Below are positions 25,601-29,919 of a stretch of 29,919 bases of DNA, in pieces. Made by a program: the position numbers and the translations under genes. The notes below the pieces were generated by a model. It saw only the letters and a list, made by a program, of their open reading frames with translations. It had not been told where the DNA came from and did not search any database. Numbering within the stretch: the stretch's first letter is position 1; each line of letters begins with the position of its first letter. The DNA lies in IMG/VR virus record IMGVR_UViG_3300020161_002285, positions 1 to 29,919 of that record, one strand, 5' to 3'. Source of the stretch: a virus. Its lineage: Duplodnaviria > Caudoviricetes.

Positions 25601-27157
25601 AATTTAAGTAAAGGTCAAAATGCATTAATAACAATAACAGGAAATAATAGTGCAATTGATACTCTATATTTAACTGATATTCAAGGAAATCATTTTGGTA
25701 GTGGAAGTATCTTACAATATTTTAATAATTCTGGAACAAGAATTTCTATGGGAACAACTCAGATTACATCTTCTGATAGTTATGGTTCTTATTCAGATGG
25801 AAAATACTTTAAAGTTGATCATTTTAATCATGGCATGTACGGCACAAATAATATTGTCGAATTAAGTGGAGTTTTTCCAGACACCCCAGGAGTAATTTTA
25901 TCTTCGCAATTATTGAGAACCGATTCTATTTTAAATATAGCATCTGCAGATACTTCATATTTTCAAAATTTTGAAGGTTCTGCTGTAAGTGCAGCAAATC
26001 CCGGATATTTAATTATTAATAATGAAATAATTAAATATATTTCAGTACAATCATCATCATTAGAAGGATTGGAAAGAGGTATCGATGGTACTATTGCAAT
26101 AAGTCATCCAGAGAACTCAATTATTCGCAAATACGAATTGAATGGGGTTTCTCTTAGAAGAATTAACAGAAGTCATAATATTGTTGATTCTAATATTGAA
26201 TTGGATAGTTATTACTTAGAAATAGATAGAAGTGGATTAATTGGTTCGGACAATTTTGGTATTGACAGATCTACTGATGGTACGTATGCAAAGTTATCAT
26301 TTAATAGTGAAAAAAGTGTTGGTGGCGTAACCGCATATGCATCCGAAAATATAATTTATGATACTGTAATACCATTCTACAATATTATAATACCTGGAGC
26401 AACAACTGAAGTAACATCTCAAATGAGATCTATTACGGGAACAAGTTCTGGTGGTAACGAAACATCATTTACAGATCTTGGATATCAGAATGTTCAGATT
26501 AATCAAAAAAATAAATTAAATGAACTTAGAATGGTTTCTTCCAAGATTAATTCTGATGAATACTTAGATGCTTTACCTAGAAATAAGTCTTTAATAACTG
26601 CACTGACTTTATCTTCAGATAATTATAATCTTTCACCTATGATTTTCTTAGATGATACATTTACAGAATTTCATAGTGCAAGATTGAATAATCCAATTTC
26701 AGATTATATTAGTGATGGTAGAGTAAACAGTCTTATAGATGATCCACATGCTGCGATTTATGTTTCTAGAACTGTTAGATTATCTCAACCATCCAATAGT
26801 TTGAGAGTATTATTATCAGCATATAAACATTCTTCTACAGATTTTAGAGTTTTATACTCATTGATAAAACCAGAGTCAAATGAATCGTTAACAACATTTA
26901 ATTTATTCCCAGGATATAATAATTTAACAACAGATAATAATCTTGATGGTTATTTTGATATTGTTGATGAGAGTAAAAATAGTGGTTTGTCAGATACAAT
27001 AGTTCCAAGTAGTTTGGAAAATCAATTCTTAGAGTATCAATACACAGCAGCTAATGTTGGACCATTTGTTGGTTTTACTATTAAAATCGTGATGTCTGGT
27101 ACAAGACAAGATAAATATCCAAGATTCAAAGACTTAAGAGCAATTGCATTGGCATGA
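19613..27157 (+). CDS. Large virion structural protein, VrlC-like / DUF4815 domain, 2514 aa
   Basis: N-terminus TNFNVNPYFDDFD..KNFYKVLF.P..PVQSRELN.IQSILQNQIE.FG; PGADR; RTYDESGNY; PGKAYVKGY; RRYTMRDIG..E.R...LE; DPLAQTF. Usual position between gp8 and the neck genes in cyanomyoviruses. Confidence 0.85.
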   Translation: MAQKTNFNVNPYFDDFDSTKNFYKVLFNPARPVQSRELNTIQSILQNQIESFGSHIFKEGSMVIPGGISYDSEYCAVKLNSTSFGIDISQYIEKYVGQIIRGEVSGISAIIKEVVFPNSSGVEDITLYVKYLESNNDFNQAFFLDGESLLSTEAISYGINNTVISDGTAFASLVSENATAVGSSVSIDNGVYFVRGTFVNVNKHTLILDYYNNISSYRVGLRVSENIITTKDDESLFDNAKGFTNFASPGADRFKIDLSLTKKPLTNINDTDFIELLRVENGFLKKIENKTDYNLIKDYIAQRTYDESGNYTVTPFTISANNSLNNLLGNNGIYFNGDLTTGGNTPSDDLMCVSVSPGKAYVKGYDVEKTSTTVLDVEKPRDTQTVTGALVPFKMGNILRINNIYGAPTNKSTVYFYSRRRDGATSSPNGIQLGSARVYLCKLTDAAYEGAKTKWDLHLYDIQFYTHLTLNNSLTVTQLPATSIITGNSSGATGYVVSAGTSGNLVILRQVSGTFLPNENITINGTTIISRTILNVKNYNSSDIKSVYSSGSPAFLADSVLDSFVPSGFSGQDQITIESNGTVRTTNKPFSGISTDTIVKYSRSGFSTETYNIVSSVSSDGTTFTLSGISSVTNVNDGSLTSSNAQVRFLIGNSVLRDQSSGYLYSVLPNTNISSIDLNNSQLTFSTQSTSSNTISGESLTLSTSDFSLPGNSGSIKFDTFDAEKYSIHYSDGTTETLTDDQVTFNPEYTQITFKGITNGKTTSIINGTFVKIGIQSKTKVHKKSTVLNIELSKYEQSGSNSNSSVNDGLTFNRYYGLRVQDEEICLRYPDAIRVLSVYESLDSSLPTFDKLNFSSLYGISNNSIIGENVVGKTSKALARIVKKDPLYPNSVEIVYLNNNKFQVDEEVTFEESNIVAPISSLSFGKFKNITNIFKLDKGQKNQYYDYSKLIRNNNEPEPSRKLTIVLDHYDVSPTDSGDLFSVLSYNNENYGKDIPNIGFLNIRSSDTLDFRPRVSYFNGSSSSPFDFSSRNFGDTPKIIFTPNESSLVNYNFYLGRIDKVYLDSYGSFVIERGISSVSPKEPYKSGDLLEIASISLPPYLYDTNDIKITLVDNRRYTMRDIGKIEDRVENLEIVTSLSLLELDTQTLQIQDADGINRFKTGFFADSFKNDNFIDFGNSLSEISDDNELTPLISKNSLKNQIIAASNPTDFELDLSQNFELLDNRVKKTGQVITLDYESVGWIEQPLATRVENVNPFHVIQYVGDVRLNPFRDTWIRTVELPDRVIAHNNSLNLESRVNTERITLNNVNNTTGTGSGGLGVGQVRDTWTELSLSDGAVSQETFNSSDSSTSTSTERSFIESQFDIFMRSRNTEFSVSNLRSFTQYYSFLDGISSIDFTPKLVEVTRDVELQNPGTDGSFIVGENVVGFNNGIPIITFRLAQPNHKFGSFNNPSSTYDSNPYSKSEILPTAYSESSSVLNIDTFSLSEEAQGLYSGYLIRRAVLIGETSGASAYVKDLRLITDNYGDLIGTFFIRDPNALPPPIIRVPTGNKTFKLSSSQANENGLLNGTDISSAETNYLSEGTVQTYQNIIRVHTINSSLTTTNNIRTRTLNAVRNENISSINLPEPPAPVINEITQVTQNVTNVTNVTRNVTNVTRNVTNVTRNVNRVIQQQTHADPLAQTFLVGSSRGLNSFNDDVNGAFLTAVDLFFAKKDPGNAPVTVQVRTVEFGTPTLTIIGDPVTLRPNDIQTSTDGSVATKVTFPYPIFLPPGLEYAIVILAPQSDQYELWVARMGETTKNTLNLPDVESVRYTKQFAIGSLFKSQNGSIWSDDQYEDLKFKLYKARFIELNGIAYFQNPTLSKSNGYVRNLINNPIKTLPRKLKVGITTVYNSTIVDTILNIGRKVGESVNSNIYGSIVGTGCSVSNIAISTGGRNYPVGISTVETFNVTGNGSGLKLVVTAGSNGTLTSATINQFGSGYSVGDVVGIVTSTVTGTTNLSKGQNALITITGNNSAIDTLYLTDIQGNHFGSGSILQYFNNSGTRISMGTTQITSSDSYGSYSDGKYFKVDHFNHGMYGTNNIVELSGVFPDTPGVILSSQLLRTDSILNIASADTSYFQNFEGSAVSAANPGYLIINNEIIKYISVQSSSLEGLERGIDGTIAISHPENSIIRKYELNGVSLRRINRSHNIVDSNIELDSYYLEIDRSGLIGSDNFGIDRSTDGTYAKLSFNSEKSVGGVTAYASENIIYDTVIPFYNIIIPGATTEVTSQMRSITGTSSGGNETSFTDLGYQNVQINQKNKLNELRMVSSKINSDEYLDALPRNKSLITALTLSSDNYNLSPMIFLDDTFTEFHSARLNNPISDYISDGRVNSLIDDPHAAIYVSRTVRLSQPSNSLRVLLSAYKHSSTDFRVLYSLIKPESNESLTTFNLFPGYNNLTTDNNLDGYFDIVDESKNSGLSDTIVPSSLENQFLEYQYTAANVGPFVGFTIKIVMSGTRQDKYPRFKDLRAIALA
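24542..24610 (+). repeat. In-frame 21-bp tandem repeat (3 copies plus a partial) encoding NVTNVTR
   Basis: AATGTTACGAATGTAACAAGG (24542-24562), AATGTTACGAATGTAACACGG (24563-24583), AATGTTACGAATGTAACAAGG (24584-24604), AATGTT. Confidence 0.92.
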
Positions 27158-27372
27158 TGGAAGATTTAATATCAGTTGAAGGGCACCCAAATCTTTTTAG
27201 AGATGAAAAAACGGGTGCTATAGTAAATTGTGACAGTGCTGCGTATAAACAGTATTTAAGCAGTGTTTCAAATAGAATGAATACAAAAAAAGAAATTGAA
27301 AATTTAAAGGATGAAGTTAAAGAAATTAAGTCTTTATTAAAGGAGTTATTAAATGAAACCAGAAGACATTGA
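27154..27372 (+). CDS. Hypothetical protein with C-terminal coiled coil, 72 aa
   Basis: ATGA overlap with the upstream stop; VEGHPNLFRDEKTGAIVN followed by heptad-like EIENLKDEVKEIKSLLKELL. Confidence 0.8.
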   Translation: MMEDLISVEGHPNLFRDEKTGAIVNCDSAAYKQYLSSVSNRMNTKKEIENLKDEVKEIKSLLKELLNETRRH

Positions 27373-27517
27373 ATTGAGTGATATTAACAAATTATTTGAA
27401 TATGAAAAGCATTGTAGAGTGATTGACGAATTAAGTATAGAAGAATTGAGAATTTTTTCAAAATTATACTTTAAATTATATTTAAAGCAGCAAGAAGTGG
27501 TAGCATTATTTAATTAA
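27353..27517 (+). CDS. NblA-like small helical protein, 54 aa (absent from ORF track)
   Basis: Manual translation MKPEDIELSDINKLFEYEKHCRVIDELSIEELRIFSKLYFKLYLKQQEVVALFN*. SD AGGAG at 27341-27345; fills the gap before the next late promoter. The ORF itself is well supported; the NblA resemblance is by-eye only. Confidence 0.6.
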   Translation: MKPEDIELSDINKLFEYEKHCRVIDELSIEELRIFSKLYFKLYLKQQEVVALFN

Positions 27518-27518
27518 C

Positions 27519-27525
27519 ATAAATA
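27519..27525 (+). promoter_or_regulatory. Late promoter (ATAAATA)
   Basis: Intergenic CATAAATA 26 nt before the ATG at 27552. Confidence 0.75.
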
Positions 27526-27551
27526 ACTCATAGGCGTATTTTTGATAGTAA

Positions 27552-27902
27552 ATGGCATCACCATATGTAGTTAATTTAAGTATTAATACCGGTACTTCAT
27601 TTACTCAATCTTTTACTTTAGCTAGTGATAGTGGTTCGGCACTTAACCTTTCAAACTATGATGTTAAGTCTCAATTAAGAAAACATCCACAAAGTACTTC
27701 TTACGTAAATTTTATTGCTACTGCAGTTTCTCCACCTTCGTCTGGAATAATAAAAATTGAATTAGGACCAAACTCTACCACTAGTTTAAAACCTGGAAGA
27801 TATATGTATGATATTGTAATTACAAATAGTGGAACTGGAGAAAAAACAAAAGTCATAGAAGGTTCTGCAATAGTTTCAAAAAGCATAACGAGAGATAGTT
27901 AG
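27552..27902 (+). CDS. Small beta-sandwich virion-associated protein, 116 aa
   Basis: NL.I..G.SF...F.L, LNL.NY..KSQLRK, G.I.I.L....T..LKPGRY.YDI.I, K.KVIEG...V...ITR. Beta-strand-rich pattern typical of phage tail/baseplate Ig-like modules; late promoter upstream. Confidence 0.7.
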   Translation: MASPYVVNLSINTGTSFTQSFTLASDSGSALNLSNYDVKSQLRKHPQSTSYVNFIATAVSPPSSGIIKIELGPNSTTSLKPGRYMYDIVITNSGTGEKTKVIEGSAIVSKSITRDS

Positions 27903-27906
27903 TATT

Positions 27907-28734
27907 ATGGCAAAACCATCAACAAGACAAGAATTAATTGATTATTGTTTAAGAAGACTGGGAGCTCCAGTTTTAGAAATTAACGTAGATGATGATCAAA
28001 TAGATGATTTAGTGGATGATGCCTTACAATATTTTAATGAGCGTCATTTTGATGGTGTTGAAAGAATGTATTTAAAATACCAAATTACTCAAGATGACAT
28101 TGATAGAGGTAAGGCAAAGAATACTAGTGGTGTTGGAATAGTAACAACTACAGGAACATCTGGTATTGGAACTTTTAATTTTTATGAAACCTCAAATTAT
28201 ATTCAAGTACCAGACTCTGTTATTGGTATAGAAAAAGTTTTTAAATTTGATACTAGTTCTATTTCTGGTGGAATGTTTAGTATAAAATATCAATTATTTT
28301 TAAATGATCTTTATTATTTCAACTCTGTAGAATTATTGCAGTATGCCATGGTTAAAAGTTATCTTGAAGATATTGATTTTTTACTAACAACCGATAAGCA
28401 AATAAGATTTAATAAAAGACAAAATAGAATGTACTTAGATATTGAGTGGGGAGCACAATCTGCAGGTAATTTTTTAGTAATTGATTGTTATAGAATATTA
28501 AATCCAAATGAGTTTACTAAGGTTTATAATGATAGTTTTTTAAAAAAGTACTTAACTTCGCTTATTAAAAAGCAATGGGGTCAAAATTTAATAAAATTTA
28601 GAGGAGTTAAGTTACCAGGTGGAGTTGAACTGAATGGTAGAGAAATATATGATGATGCTCAAAGAGAGTTAGACGACCTAATGCAAAAAATGTCTATGGA
28701 ATACGAATTACCACCATACGACTTTATAGGGTAA
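27907..28734 (+). CDS. gp13: Neck protein, T4 gp13-like
   Basis: P.TRQELIDYCLRRLGAPVLEINVDDDQ..D....ALQYF.E.HFDG; KKQWGQNLIKF.GV.LPGGVELNG..IY..A. Confidence 0.95.
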   Translation: MAKPSTRQELIDYCLRRLGAPVLEINVDDDQIDDLVDDALQYFNERHFDGVERMYLKYQITQDDIDRGKAKNTSGVGIVTTTGTSGIGTFNFYETSNYIQVPDSVIGIEKVFKFDTSSISGGMFSIKYQLFLNDLYYFNSVELLQYAMVKSYLEDIDFLLTTDKQIRFNKRQNRMYLDIEWGAQSAGNFLVIDCYRILNPNEFTKVYNDSFLKKYLTSLIKKQWGQNLIKFRGVKLPGGVELNGREIYDDAQRELDDLMQKMSMEYELPPYDFIG

Positions 28735-28736
28735 TT

Positions 28737-29919
28737 ATGGCACTAAATCCATTTTTTCTTCAAGGGTCAGGTTCTGAACAAAATTTGATTCAACAATTAA
28801 TAAATGAACAATTAAAAATTTTTGGAGTAGAGGTTTCTTATTTACCACAAAAATTCATAAGAAAAGAAACAATATTGAGAGAGGTTACTGCATCAAAATT
28901 TGATGATAATTTTTCAATAGAAGCATACGTTAGTAATTTTGATGGATATACTGGTTCTGGGGATATTTTATCAAAATTTGGAATGAACTTAAAAGATGAG
29001 TTAACTCTCATAATATCAAAAGAAAGATTTGAAGATTTTATTGCTCCATTTTTATCTGACATGGATCAAGACGAAATCATAGTTTCTACTCGCCCAAGAG
29101 AGGGTGACTTAATTTATTTCCCACTTGGAAAGAGATTATTTGAAATAAAATTTGTAGAGCATGAGCAACCGTTTTATCAACTAGGGAAAACTTATGTTTA
29201 TGAATTGAAATGTGAATTATTTGAGTATTCGGATAATATTGGTGGATGGGATAATGTAAATACTACCGTAGAAGAAATAGATAGAACTTTAGAAAATCAA
29301 GGTTATATCAATACACTTAAGTTATTCCCAACAGGATCACGAGCGACTGCACAAACTTCAACTGTAAGTGGTTATGTTAGAAAAATAACTTTACTCAATG
29401 ATGGATATAATTATAAAACAACGCCAACAGTAGCAATTAGTAGCGCACCTTCTGGTGGAGTAAATGCTCAAGCAGTAGCAATTACTTCGTGTATAGGAAA
29501 TTTTTGTTCCGTTAAAGAAATTTTGCTAGTAAATCCTGGTGCAGGGTACACAGTAGAACCAACAGTTATAATTTCAAGTACAACTGGAATTGGAGCAACT
29601 GCAAAAGCAGTAATTGAAAAAACATATTCTGGTATTGGAAGTATAACAATTACTAATAGTGGTTCTGGGTATGTTACTCCGCCATCTATAGGATTCTCAT
29701 CCTTTACATCTGCAGTTACTGCTGTGGCAAGAACTATTGTAAATTCCAACGGTCAAATTAGTCAGATATTGATTTCTGACGCTGGAATTGGATATGCATC
29801 AAGTCCAGTAATATCTATAGCAAATCCACCATTACTTGTTGGAATTAATACTTATATTTTTAATGAAGTAGTTACTGGAGAAACTTCTGGTGCTAAGAGT
29901 AGAGTTAAAACTTGGGATA
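28737..29919 (+). CDS. gp14: Neck protein, T4 gp14-like (runs off the window; absent from ORF track)
   Basis: Manual translation MALNPFFLQGSGSEQNLIQQLINEQLKIFGVEVSYLP...LSKFG...RPREGDLIYFPLGKRLFEIKFVEHEQPFYQLGKTYVYELKCELFEY; starts 2 nt after the gp13 stop; no stop seen before the window end. Confidence 0.93.
   Translation, partial: MALNPFFLQGSGSEQNLIQQLINEQLKIFGVEVSYLPQKFIRKETILREVTASKFDDNFSIEAYVSNFDGYTGSGDILSKFGMNLKDELTLIISKERFEDFIAPFLSDMDQDEIIVSTRPREGDLIYFPLGKRLFEIKFVEHEQPFYQLGKTYVYELKCELFEYSDNIGGWDNVNTTVEEIDRTLENQGYINTLKLFPTGSRATAQTSTVSGYVRKITLLNDGYNYKTTPTVAISSAPSGGVNAQAVAITSCIGNFCSVKEILLVNPGAGYTVEPTVIISSTTGIGATAKAVIEKTYSGIGSITITNSGSGYVTPPSIGFSSFTSAVTAVARTIVNSNGQISQILISDAGIGYASSPVISIANPPLLVGINTYIFNEVVTGETSGAKSRVKTWD

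Noticed and set aside
5614-27157. Inteins, introns or homing endonucleases as the cause of the giant ORF sizes
   Set aside because: Reading frames are uninterrupted and I saw no Hint-domain or LAGLIDADG/HNH/GIY-YIG motifs; repeated structural modules account for the size. By-eye inspection could miss a divergent element.
19613-27902. No recognisable gp9-gp12 between gp8 and gp13
   Set aside because: This arrangement, with a VrlC-like gene in that position, is usual for T4-like cyanophages and is not novel.
1958-29749. Minus-strand ORFs in the track (e.g. 3241-3534, 11823-12191, 15989-16303, 24473-24655, 29468-29749)
   Set aside because: They lie antisense to well-supported genes and have no recognisable motifs; they look like shadow ORFs.
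1-29919. tRNA or rRNA genes, integrase, transposase or reverse transcriptase
   Set aside because: No cloverleaf or T-loop consensus in the few intergenic spaces, and no such protein motifs in any ORF.

Overview
AT-rich segment of a T4-like cyanomyovirus (Kyanoviridae-type) genome; every credible gene is on the + strand. Bases 1-~300 are a GC-richer, structured stretch (3' end of a small ORF, hairpins, a duplicated 19-bp motif), followed by an A-tract-rich spacer containing a 23-bp direct repeat. A cluster of small accessory genes follows: an AbrB/MazE-like protein, two paralogous ~60-aa proteins flanking a GT-A glycosyltransferase with its own sigma70-type promoter, a very basic 51-aa peptide, a 218-aa hypothetical, speD, and an 83-aa hypothetical behind a two-hairpin leader. 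The rest is the late structural module: gp25, gp6, a 4130-aa gp7, gp8, a 2514-aa VrlC/DUF4815-like protein, small genes, gp13 and gp14 (truncated by the window), with T4-type (T)ATAAATA late-promoter motifs. The best leads are: (i) a 54-aa NblA-like ORF missing from the ORF track, inside the structural cluster; (ii) a G-[ILV]-[GSA]-T motif scattered through unrelated virion proteins, possibly a modification or docking signal, near a phage glycosyltransferase; (iii) the structured non-coding region and AbrB-like gene at the composition boundary; (iv) a possible regulatory RNA downstream of speD. All family assignments come from motif recognition and synteny by eye; no database search was run.
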